DNA of 64,000 bases from an uncultured Rikenella sp. (GTDB lineage Bacteria > Bacteroidota > Bacteroidia > Bacteroidales > VadinHA17): assembly GCA_964470815.1 (NCBI GenBank), contig CAYYEH010000004.1:16442-80441 (forward strand), given 5' to 3'. The notes below the pieces were generated by a model. The model was not told the origin of the DNA and ran no database searches. It saw only the letters and a program-made list of their open reading frames with translations. Positions within the stretch are counted from its first letter, which is position 1. Every line of letters begins with the position of its first letter. Shown piece by piece: positions 8,581 through 16,812 of this stretch. A program made the translations under genes and the position numbers.

Positions 8581-9044
8581 TTGAGGTCAGCCAGTGCTTT
8601 AAGTTTGGAAATAAGTTCGGGTATATCCTCGGGGCGCAGATGAGTATGGTATGTGTCACCGGTACAGACTACCGGCCCTTCATTGCACCCTCCCTGGCAG
8701 GCTGTAAGCTCATAGCTGAACCTGCCGTCACGGGTGGTCTGCCCCGGCTCAATGCCAAGTACCTCCTTTACAGCAGCAACCACCGATGCCGAACCGTTTA
8801 TGAAACAGGTGGTGCCGTTGCAAATGCGCATATGCATCCTGCCAGCCGGAATAAACCTGAAACGGTCATAAAAAGTTGCCAGTCCGAAAATCTTGGTGGT
8901 TGACATCTGCAGAAAACTGCCGATCTTCACGATAGCAGTCTCGGAAAGATACCCTTCGGCCTCCTGGACATCCTGCAGGATAGGTATCAGGTTTTCATGG
9001 CCTCCCTCCCTGTACCGGCTCAGAATATCATCTATCTTACTCAT
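8577..9044 (-). CDS. hydC: NuoE-like thioredoxin-fold [2Fe-2S] subunit HydC
   Basis: 155 aa. Motifs CNGTTCFINGS and CQGGCNEGP (Cx4C...Cx3C). 4-bp overlap with hydB. Confidence 0.88.
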   Translation of the reverse strand: MSKIDDILSRYREGGHENLIPILQDVQEAEGYLSETAIVKIGSFLQMSTTKIFGLATFYDRFRFIPAGRMHMRICNGTTCFINGSASVVAAVKEVLGIEPGQTTRDGRFSYELTACQGGCNEGPVVCTGDTYHTHLRPEDIPELISKLKALADLK

Positions 9045-9075
9045 TTTAAAAACGATCTGACTTTTCAGAGAAATA

Positions 9076-9083
9076 CAAAGCTA
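9076..9083 (-). promoter_or_regulatory. Bacteroidota-type -7 promoter box (TAGCTTTG) for the hydC operon
   Basis: The minus strand reads TAGCTTTG, matching TAnnTTTG, 32 nt upstream of the hydC ATG (9044). Confidence 0.45.
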
Positions 9084-9110
9084 TTGTTTTTTATTGTTAT
9101 TTCAAAAACA

Positions 9111-9128
9111 TTGTTATTTTATTAACAA
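9111..9128. promoter_or_regulatory. Candidate Rex operator (TTGTTATTTTATTAACAA)
   Basis: 18-bp inverted repeat with perfect TTGTTA/TAACAA arms. It has one mismatch to the Rex consensus TTGTTAAnnnnTTAACAA as I recall it for Clostridia and Thermotogae. It lies in the divergent hydC / ferredoxin promoter region, and rex is encoded in the same operon. Confidence 0.55.
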
Positions 9129-9155
9129 ATAACTGCTGAATTTAACATTTCCCGG

Positions 9156-9458
9156 GTGCAGGCGTTGGAAATTGTTGTACTTTTGAGTGAATATGAACTA
9201 AACTTCAGGCTGTTGGGACAATCGTACAACATCGAGATATGTCTTGGAAGCTCCTGTTTTTCAAGAGGTAACAGGGAGGTAGTACAGGTCATAAGGGATT
9301 ATCTCCGGAAAAATCACCTAGATGACAAGGTGGTGCTCAGGGGAGCACGCTGCATGAACCGTTGCAGCGAGGGTCCCTTTATTATTATCAATGGAAGGAC
9401 TTTTACCGGTACCGGTATCCAGGATATTGAGAAGCTCCTGGAGAAGGAGCTGGTATAG
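9156..9458 (+). CDS. Small thioredoxin-like [2Fe-2S] ferredoxin (NuoE/HydC-like)
   Basis: About 100 aa. Motifs ICLGSSCFSRGN and GARCMNRCSEGP (Cx4C...Cx3C). The start is uncertain: GTG at 9156, or in-frame TTG/CTG codons up to about 9213, with no in-frame ATG near the 5' end. Confidence 0.7.
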   Translation: MQALEIVVLLSEYELNFRLLGQSYNIEICLGSSCFSRGNREVVQVIRDYLRKNHLDDKVVLRGARCMNRCSEGPFIIINGRTFTGTGIQDIEKLLEKELV

Positions 9459-9487
9459 GGATTTTCAGGACAACTAATTTACTGATT

Positions 9488-11365
9488 ATGAAGATACCGG
9501 ATCAGGTAATATATATAAATGAGGACAAGTGTCGCAACTCCTATTCATGTGTGAGGGTATGCCCTGTCAATGCGTTGGAGGTGAGGCCCGAGAGGGCGCA
9601 TCCCGTAATTATTGCTGACAGGTGCATCGGTTGCGGCCTCTGTTTCCTGTCGTGTTCACCCCGTGCCATTGAGTTCAGGGACTCGCGCACCCAGGTGAAG
9701 CAGATACTGCAGTCGGGCCGTCGTACGGCAGCACTGATAGCACCCAGCATAGCGTCAGAGTTTGATGACATAACCGACTACCGCAAGTTTGTGGGGATGA
9801 TCCGAAGCCTTGGATTCACATATGTGCATGAGGTATCATTTGGTGTTGACCTGGTAGCCTATGCCTACAAGAAGCTCTTCGAGGAGTCGAGCGGCAAGTA
9901 CTACATTACCTCCAACTGCCCATCCATAGTAGAGATGATCGAGAAGTACCATCCGCACCTGGTGCCTAACCTCGCACCACTGGTTTCACCGATGGTAGCG
10001 ACGGCGATGGTGACGCGTGACCTTTACGGTGATGATGTGGCAAACGTATTCATCGGCCCCTGCATTGACATCAAGGCTGAAGCAACCCTTTACCAGGAAA
10101 AGAACCTCGTGGAGGCTGTCCTGACTTTCATTGAGATCAGGCAGCTCTTCGAAGAGTACGAGATACAGGAGAAGACCGTAAAGATGGCCGAGTTTGATCC
10201 TCCCTTCGGCAACTGGGGGGCCCTTTACCCTTATCCTGCAGGCATACTGCAGGCTGCAGGCATCAAGCGTGATCTTGTCTCCAGCCAGGTAATAACTGCC
10301 TCCGGCTCCGAGGATGTGAAGGAAGCAATCAACGATTTCGACCATCATATTGATACAATAAGGCACCACTTCAATCTCTTCTTCTGTCCGGGATGCATGC
10401 TCGGTCCGGGAATGATCAGGCATGACGAACGCTTCAGACGCCGTTCTCTGGTCAAACAGTACGCCGAGAAGCGTGTTGAGACCCTCGACAAGGAGCAATG
10501 GAAAAAGGATATGGACCGGTGGTCGGGGCTTGACCTGACGCACAGCTTCAGGGCCAATGATCAGCGGATCCCGGAACCGCCACAGGAGGCAGTAATGGAG
10601 GTTATGAAGATAATTGGCAAGGATAACCGCTCCGAAGAGCTGAACTGCAATGCCTGCGGCTATGGGTCATGCCGGGAGTTTGCTGCAACGGTGGCCAAGG
10701 GCCTGGCTGTTCCGGAGATGTGCCACACCTACAACCTGCGGAACAAGCAGGAATATATTGAGACCCTGAGGCAGACAAACAAAAAACTATCTGAGACCAA
10801 AAAGGCCCTGAAGGAGTCGGAAGAGCAGGCCATGCGTGAAAAGGATGCAGCACAGGATGCATCGGACACCATGAACAGCATGCTCAACAAGCTGCCCAAC
10901 GGAGTGGTTATAGTCGACAATGAGCTGAAAATACTGCAGTCAAACGCACGGTTCCTTGAAATAATCGGAGAGGATGCAAAGGCTATCGCGGAGATAATAC
11001 CAGGGCTGAGGGGCGCCGATCTTAAGACACTTCTTCCTTTCAATGTCTACAATATTTTCTCCTTTGTTCTGCGCGAAAACGAATCTGTCATCAGCCGCGA
11101 CGTTCAGCTTGAAGACCGGATGTTCAACATATCCATCTTCCCAATCAGGCAGAACAGGATAGCGGGGGCGGTGATACGTGACCTTTTCTCACCTGAGGTA
11201 CAGCGTGAAGAGGTTATAAACAGGGTATCCGACGTCATCGATAAAAACCTTGAAATGGTTCAGAAAATAGGTTTCCTGCTGGGTGAAGGGGCTTCAGAGA
11301 CGGAGAAGATGCTGAATTCCATCGTAGAATCATTCCGACAGAAGAAGAATGCACCCGGAAAGTAG
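9488..11365 (+). CDS. Sensory [FeFe]-hydrogenase-like protein HydS type (2x[4Fe-4S] + H-cluster domain + CxxCGYxxC + PAS)
   Basis: 625 aa. Ferredoxin motifs CRNSYSCVRVCP and CIGCGLCFLSC. H-domain motifs YITSNCPSIV, FIGPCIDIKAE and FFCPGCMLGPGM. An LNCNACGYGSCREFA motif and a C-terminal PAS-like segment (LPNGVVIVDNELKILQSNARFLEIIG). Confidence 0.85.
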   Translation: MKIPDQVIYINEDKCRNSYSCVRVCPVNALEVRPERAHPVIIADRCIGCGLCFLSCSPRAIEFRDSRTQVKQILQSGRRTAALIAPSIASEFDDITDYRKFVGMIRSLGFTYVHEVSFGVDLVAYAYKKLFEESSGKYYITSNCPSIVEMIEKYHPHLVPNLAPLVSPMVATAMVTRDLYGDDVANVFIGPCIDIKAEATLYQEKNLVEAVLTFIEIRQLFEEYEIQEKTVKMAEFDPPFGNWGALYPYPAGILQAAGIKRDLVSSQVITASGSEDVKEAINDFDHHIDTIRHHFNLFFCPGCMLGPGMIRHDERFRRRSLVKQYAEKRVETLDKEQWKKDMDRWSGLDLTHSFRANDQRIPEPPQEAVMEVMKIIGKDNRSEELNCNACGYGSCREFAATVAKGLAVPEMCHTYNLRNKQEYIETLRQTNKKLSETKKALKESEEQAMREKDAAQDASDTMNSMLNKLPNGVVIVDNELKILQSNARFLEIIGEDAKAIAEIIPGLRGADLKTLLPFNVYNIFSFVLRENESVISRDVQLEDRMFNISIFPIRQNRIAGAVIRDLFSPEVQREEVINRVSDVIDKNLEMVQKIGFLLGEGASETEKMLNSIVESFRQKKNAPGK

Positions 11366-12563
11366 CACCACCGAAATCATGGAGAGGCAGTTCTTCATTG
11401 AGGTCAACAGTCAGCAGCGCAATCACCACGGAGAGCGTATCTGCGGAGATGTGTTCCTGTCAGAAAACGTGCGCGAGGAAAACCGCATCATCACGGTGTT
11501 GTCTGACGGTATGGGACACGGTGTAAAGGCCAATATCCTGGCTACTCTTACCTCAACCATGTCACTGAATTTCACCCGTGAGCATAAGGAACCTGACCGT
11601 ATTGCCGAGATCATCATGAATACCCTCCCTGTATGCTCGGAGAGGAAGATCAGCTATGCCACCTTTTCAATTGTTGACATTGAAAGTGACGGGAGGGCAA
11701 ACATCCTTGAATATGATAATCCGCGCTGTATCATCCTCAGGGGGAATCAGCCATTTGAACCCGACTGGAGGGATGTTGTGCTTGACAAGGGGCGGAATGC
11801 CGGCAAGCGGCTGCATAAGTGCACCTTCTACCCTTCCAAGGAAGACCGTATAATCCTCCTCTCCGACGGTGTTGCGCAGAGCGGCATGGGTTCAGCTGCA
11901 TGGCCACTGGGATGGGAACGTGACAATGTACAGTTGTATGCCGCCTCGCTTGTTGCCGGTGAACCATCCATCTCTGCCTCCACCCTGGCGGCCAAGATAG
12001 TGAACATGGCTTACAAACATGACAATTACGAGGCTAAGGATGACATCTCATGTGCTGTACTCTACTTCAGGGAGCCGCGCAAGCTGCTGATATGCACCGG
12101 CCCTCCCTATGAGGAGGAAAAGGATAAGGAACTGGCTGAAAAAGTGACCGGATACAAGGGAAAAGTGATACTGTGCGGCGGCACCACGGCCGATATTGTA
12201 GCCCGTGAACTGAACCGCAAGATAGTTGACGAACTGATATTCGAAGACCCTGACCTTCCTCCGGAGAGCTTCATGGAGGGGGTTGACCTGGTCACCGAGG
12301 GAATCCTTACCCTGCAGAAGGTCAATGAGCTGGTCAAGGGTTACAAAAACAGTGTCAAGCTGGGAAAAGGACCGGCAGACAAAATTGTCAAACTGATAAT
12401 GGAAAGCGACGAGATCAACTTCCTTGTCGGTACCCGGATAAATGTGGCTCACCAGGATCCTGCACTGCCGGTTGACCTCGAAATACGGCGGACAGTGGTT
12501 AAGCGCATTGCCCGCATCCTTGAGGACAAGTGGCTGAAGCAGGTCTCCGTTGATTATATCTGA
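11349..12563 (+). CDS. SpoIIE/PP2C-family serine phosphatase with about 170-aa C-terminal domain of unknown function
   Basis: 404 aa. PP2C/SpoIIE signature ERICGDVFL...VLSDGMGHGVKANILA...LLSDGV. An alternative start is ATG 11379 (MERQFF), 13 nt after the upstream stop. Confidence 0.8.
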   Translation: MHPESSTTEIMERQFFIEVNSQQRNHHGERICGDVFLSENVREENRIITVLSDGMGHGVKANILATLTSTMSLNFTREHKEPDRIAEIIMNTLPVCSERKISYATFSIVDIESDGRANILEYDNPRCIILRGNQPFEPDWRDVVLDKGRNAGKRLHKCTFYPSKEDRIILLSDGVAQSGMGSAAWPLGWERDNVQLYAASLVAGEPSISASTLAAKIVNMAYKHDNYEAKDDISCAVLYFREPRKLLICTGPPYEEEKDKELAEKVTGYKGKVILCGGTTADIVARELNRKIVDELIFEDPDLPPESFMEGVDLVTEGILTLQKVNELVKGYKNSVKLGKGPADKIVKLIMESDEINFLVGTRINVAHQDPALPVDLEIRRTVVKRIARILEDKWLKQVSVDYI

Positions 12564-12616
12564 GGCAGCAGTCATTTTTATCCCGCAGCCCCAGATTGCA
12601 GACAAACCTTCTGACC

Positions 12617-13066
12617 TCAGACTTTCAGACTTTTGACATGTCGCCTTGCCACCCTGAACAGGAATGACATCACCTCAGGCAGGGAGAGGTTTCGCGGCAG
12701 CCGGCGGTATACTTTCACACCCTCAATCTCATCGGTGTCAGTCAATTCACCAAGGGTATCAATCTCCGCATAAAACAATCTTCCGTACTGTTTTCCACGG
12801 CCCCCATCAACCGAATAGTAAGTGACCGGTTCCAGTATGAAGTCCAGTGCACCTGTCTCTTCTCCAAGTTCCCTCACTGCGGCCTCAACGCTTCCTTCCC
12901 CGTCGCCGGGATGACCGGCCGGCATCTCATATCCGCCTCTCCTGCGATGCCTTACAAAAAGCCACCCCTCTTTGTGGCGGGCAGCAATAACAACATACGA
13001 GAGAGGCAGTTTCGCGCCACCGGAAGGCACCAGTTCTACAGTTACCATACAGCAAAAGTAAATCAA
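12617..13066 (-). CDS. NUDIX hydrolase
   Basis: Complete Nudix box GHPGDGEGSVEAAVRELGEETGA (Gx5Ex7REUxEExGU). The start may be the internal ATG at 13048. Confidence 0.85.
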   Translation of the reverse strand: MIYFCCMVTVELVPSGGAKLPLSYVVIAARHKEGWLFVRHRRRGGYEMPAGHPGDGEGSVEAAVRELGEETGALDFILEPVTYYSVDGGRGKQYGRLFYAEIDTLGELTDTDEIEGVKVYRRLPRNLSLPEVMSFLFRVARRHVKSLKV

Positions 13067-13101
13067 TAAAAGAATTTTGTACCGGATTATCCCTTAAATA
13101 T

Positions 13102-13109
13102 TACTTTTG
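13102..13109 (+). promoter_or_regulatory. -7 promoter box TACTTTTG
   Basis: Matches TAnnTTTG, 16 nt upstream of ATG 13125. It overlaps the TTG that the ORF track used as start, which argues for ATG 13125 as the true start. Confidence 0.45.
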
Positions 13110-13124
13110 TCCCAAAGTCAAGGA

Positions 13125-14300
13125 ATGTTGTTTTACCTCATACTGCTGACAGCTGACCTGTTTCTGTGGTTTCTGTTGCTGAAGGAGCTCAGGGATAAAA
13201 ACAGGTTCCTCAGGTATGCGGTTTTGTTTGTCAAGGGGGCAGTATCGGCAATATTTATCACTCTTTTCCTGAGGATAGTGTTTTACCGGGGTGAGTTTGC
13301 CGAGCCGGCAAATGCGTTCAGGCAGATCCAGATGGGCACAATGGCCTTTCTCCTGGCAACGGCATCAGGATTATGCCTTTCTGTGACTCTTCTCGGCCGG
13401 CTCCTGGCCTTTTTCAGGAAGAGGGAAAGCAGATGGATCAGCCGGATTAATGTGTTTGTCTTTCTGTCTACCGTGCTCATTGTTGCAGACGGTTATTTCC
13501 GGCAGAGGCTTGATATCCGTTTTGTAAGGGAGGAGGTAACAATACGGGGACTTGATCCGGCGCTCAGCGGCCTGAGGGTAGCTCTTGTTTCCGACCTGCA
13601 CCTGTCATCCTGGCATGGAAGCTATGCACGGCTTGACAGGGCCATGCAGGCTGTGAGTGATGAAAAACCTGACCTGGTTCTGAACACAGGTGACTTCATA
13701 ACCTTCGGGTGGCAGGAATTCGGAAGTTCTGACACGATTTTGCACAAGGCATCCGGGCAGGCAGGGGAATTTGCCGTAACTGGCAACCATGATGACGGGT
13801 CCTACTATCCCGGGTATGATGATAACTATGGAAACCTCTGCCGGGAGATGCTCAAAAACAAGATCGAAGCATCAGGATATACTCTCCTTACCGACAGTGC
13901 TGTCATCATTTCTTACCGGGGTGCTGAAATTGCAATTGCCGGGGTGGACACTCGCGGTCAACATCTTGATATGAGATATGGTGATTTTGAAAAGGTACTC
14001 TCACCGATCCCTGATTCCATATTAACAATACTCCTTCTCCATGATCCGGAAGGATGGCTGCTCTCATCCGTGTCAGGCCGTTTGCCCCACCTGACTGTAG
14101 CAGGCCACACACACGGATTCCAGATCGGATTGCCGGGAGGAATCTGGTCACCTTCATCACTGATTCATGACAGGTGGAAAGGGCTGTATGAGTTCAGGGG
14201 GAGACATCTGTATGTCACCTCCGGACTTGGGACGATGGGCATGGCGGCAAGGTTCTTCATGCCCCCCGAAATAGTGATCCTGACGCTGGTTGCAGGATAA
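13125..14300 (+). CDS. Membrane-anchored metallophosphoesterase
   Basis: N-terminal hydrophobic helices followed by calcineurin-like motifs VSDLHLS, NTGDFITFG, VTGNHDD, LLHDP and AGHTHG. Confidence 0.85.
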   Translation: MLFYLILLTADLFLWFLLLKELRDKNRFLRYAVLFVKGAVSAIFITLFLRIVFYRGEFAEPANAFRQIQMGTMAFLLATASGLCLSVTLLGRLLAFFRKRESRWISRINVFVFLSTVLIVADGYFRQRLDIRFVREEVTIRGLDPALSGLRVALVSDLHLSSWHGSYARLDRAMQAVSDEKPDLVLNTGDFITFGWQEFGSSDTILHKASGQAGEFAVTGNHDDGSYYPGYDDNYGNLCREMLKNKIEASGYTLLTDSAVIISYRGAEIAIAGVDTRGQHLDMRYGDFEKVLSPIPDSILTILLLHDPEGWLLSSVSGRLPHLTVAGHTHGFQIGLPGGIWSPSSLIHDRWKGLYEFRGRHLYVTSGLGTMGMAARFFMPPEIVILTLVAG

Positions 14301-14382
14301 AACTCACCACACGGACGCGGAGCCGTGTTTGCCTGATATGTTCGTCACGGGCAAACGGTATCTGAATAGACTCCGGAATTAC

Positions 14383-14407
14383 CTGCCGGTTTTAATGTTA
14401 CCGGCAG
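14383..14407. repeat. Inverted repeat / hairpin (8-bp stem CTGCCGGT...ACCGGCAG, 9-nt loop)
   Basis: Read directly from the sequence. It is the third of three hairpins in the 14310..14407 spacer downstream of the phosphoesterase gene. It has no T-tract, so a terminator role is uncertain. Confidence 0.35.
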
Positions 14408-14480
14408 TCTGTCAACCCTCGTCCTGCCCCGGAAATGATAAAATTGTACCCCCTCAATAACAATCAATTGACCAAATTAA

Positions 14481-14488
14481 TACCTTTG
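14481..14488 (+). promoter_or_regulatory. -7 promoter box TACCTTTG
   Basis: Matches TAnnTTTG, 26 nt upstream of ATG 14514. Confidence 0.45.
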
Positions 14489-14513
14489 CTTTTTTTACAG
14501 TATCTTTTTGAAG

Positions 14514-16094
14514 ATGAAACTTAAACCTGTTATCGTAGCAGCTGCCCTGTTTGCGGCAGTGCCGGTTTATTCACAGAAGGAGGCCCTGAAAGCCATAACC
14601 CTTAAGGACTCGGAAGTGCATATGAAATATCTTTCTTCCGATGAGCTTGAGGGCAGGAGGACAGGGAGCGACGGCAACAATGCAGCAGCCGAATATATCA
14701 GTAAGGAAGCCCTGAGGCTGGGTCTCAGGCCTCTTCCGGGCAATGACGATCTGTTCCAGCCACTGGAATATCTGAAAGTCTCTGTTGTCCCGGGCGAGTC
14801 AGTGATTGCTTTCAGTGATACCTCTTCCTCTCCCCTGGGGTCAACCCCGATCATACCCCTTATACCTCCTTCTGACTCTGTCAGCCTGACAGGCGAGGTG
14901 GTATTTGCAGGATACGGATACATGAACAGCTCAGAAAAGTACAACGACTTTGCCGGGGTGAGCGTCAAGGACAAAATTGTCATTGTCATGACCAGGATCC
15001 CGGAGATAAAAGGAAGGGGCATACCGGAACCTGGTTCAGGCGTCAGCGAAATGACCGAGGCCCGCAAACTGCCAATGATTATGCTTCAGCAGGCGAAAGC
15101 GGTTCTTTTCGTGGCTGATCCGGCGCTCGGGTCTGATATCTCCTCTGACCTGCTCTCCATGGGTTCATCCTACCAGCTTACCCCTCTCTTCAGGAAACAG
15201 GTATTCAGCTTCAACATCAATGCCTATGCCATCACCACGGAAACTGCCGACATGATGCTCAGCAGGTCCGGAATGAGTCTCAGGAAACTGCAGGACAGCA
15301 TTGCATCAGCCCGCAGGCCGGCATCATTCACCATACCAAACCTCACGGCCCGGGTAAGGGTCAATGTGGTTAAGGACACCGTAACCAGCAATAATGTAAT
15401 AGGTTATTTTGAAGGTTCAGATCCCGAACTGAAAAATGAGGCCGTGATCTTCACCGCTCACTATGATCATGTAGGTAAGGACCCTGCAGGTAACATCTAC
15501 AATGGCGCCAATGACAATGCTTCCGGCAGCGTCGGATTGCTGAACATTACAGCAGCATTTGCCGCACTTGAGAAGAAACCTGCCAGGAGTGCTGTCTTTC
15601 TGTGGGCTACCGGTGAGGAGGAGGGGCTTCACGGTTCAACCTACTACGCGGAGAATCCGCTCTTTCCCATGGACAGGACTGTTGCTGCAATAAACTTTGA
15701 CATGATAGGAAGGTCAAGACGTGATACAGACAAGGGTGCCTCTCTTAACGGTGAAATAGATATCACCGGCAGTGACACGATCAAAGTGATCCATGGCACT
15801 GACTGCCCTGAACTTGTCTCATTTGCCACCCGGGCATGCAAGGAATCGGGTGTTTACCCGCTTGATGAAGGCAAGGGAACACATTTCTCCGGCTCTGACC
15901 ATTATCCGTTCTACCGCAAGAAAGTCCCTGTGCTTTTCTTCTTTACCGGACTGCACAGAGACTACCACAAGCAGACAGATGACTATGAGTTCATCGATTT
16001 CAACAAACTTCTGAAGGTTTCCAAGGCAGGTTTTCTTACAGGTTACAGGGTAGCCTCCCAGCCTCATTTCGGAGGCAGGGCAACGGAACAATAA
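14514..16094 (+). CDS. Secreted M28-family aminopeptidase with PA domain
   Basis: Signal peptide MKLKPVIVAAALFAAVPVYSQ. Zinc-site motifs FTAHYDHVG, NGANDNASGS, ATGEEEGLHGS, NFDMIGR and GSDHYPF. The ORF-track start at 14508 is a TTG, so ATG 14514 is preferred. Confidence 0.88.
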   Translation: MKLKPVIVAAALFAAVPVYSQKEALKAITLKDSEVHMKYLSSDELEGRRTGSDGNNAAAEYISKEALRLGLRPLPGNDDLFQPLEYLKVSVVPGESVIAFSDTSSSPLGSTPIIPLIPPSDSVSLTGEVVFAGYGYMNSSEKYNDFAGVSVKDKIVIVMTRIPEIKGRGIPEPGSGVSEMTEARKLPMIMLQQAKAVLFVADPALGSDISSDLLSMGSSYQLTPLFRKQVFSFNINAYAITTETADMMLSRSGMSLRKLQDSIASARRPASFTIPNLTARVRVNVVKDTVTSNNVIGYFEGSDPELKNEAVIFTAHYDHVGKDPAGNIYNGANDNASGSVGLLNITAAFAALEKKPARSAVFLWATGEEEGLHGSTYYAENPLFPMDRTVAAINFDMIGRSRRDTDKGASLNGEIDITGSDTIKVIHGTDCPELVSFATRACKESGVYPLDEGKGTHFSGSDHYPFYRKKVPVLFFFTGLHRDYHKQTDDYEFIDFNKLLKVSKAGFLTGYRVASQPHFGGRATEQ

Positions 16095-16109
16095 TCCGGC
16101 TTCAGCAGC

Positions 16110-16808
16110 ATGGGAAGGAGAACTCTCTCCCTTTCAACCGGGGAGGTTGAAGTTGACATTGTAAGGTCAGGCAGGAGGACCGTGGCGCTTTATGTGAGGC
16201 CGGGCGGGACATTACTGATAAGGGCACCATGGTATGTTCCCGTCAGGATGCTGATGAACTTTGCCGCAGAAAAATCAAGGTGGATAGAGCGCCAGGTAAC
16301 CCGACTTAAGAATGTAACTCCGCCTGGAGAGGCGATGACGGTCAGTGATGGCACCACGGTACCTTTTCTGGGCAGGGAACTTACCGTTACGGTAAAAGAG
16401 GGCTCCCGCCGTATGGTTTCACATGTTGAAGGAAGTCTTATTCTGACAACCAAGGGCATCACCATCCCCGGGGAACTTGCCCGGATGACTGAAGCATGGT
16501 ACCTTCGCGAGGCCAGGGGATACCTTACAAAACGTACAGAGCAGCTTGCCGCAGAGCATTACCGGTTGATACCTTCACCCGCAACAATAAAAGTCCGCAA
16601 AATGAAACGGAGGTGGGGAACATGCCACACCAGCGGGGTAATCTGGCTCAACAGGGAACTGATTAAGAAGGACCCCGGGCTGATTGACTATGTCATAATT
16701 CACGAATTGTGCCACCTGGTGCATCATAATCACGGCAGGGACTATTATGAACTGCTTGCACGGATAATGCCTGATTACCAGGAACGAAGGAAAAGGCTTC
16801 AGCTTTAG
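16110..16808 (+). CDS. YgjP/DUF45-family (M48-like) metal-dependent hydrolase
   Basis: Motif RWGTC...IWLNRELIKKDPGLIDYVIIHELCHLVHHNH (HExxH). Confidence 0.8.
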   Translation: MGRRTLSLSTGEVEVDIVRSGRRTVALYVRPGGTLLIRAPWYVPVRMLMNFAAEKSRWIERQVTRLKNVTPPGEAMTVSDGTTVPFLGRELTVTVKEGSRRMVSHVEGSLILTTKGITIPGELARMTEAWYLREARGYLTKRTEQLAAEHYRLIPSPATIKVRKMKRRWGTCHTSGVIWLNRELIKKDPGLIDYVIIHELCHLVHHNHGRDYYELLARIMPDYQERRKRLQL

Positions 16809-16812
16809 GCCA

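Noticed and set aside
9094-9111. Second Rex site adjacent to the strong one
   Set aside because: It has about four mismatches to the consensus and only one good half-site. I mention it but do not call it as a feature.
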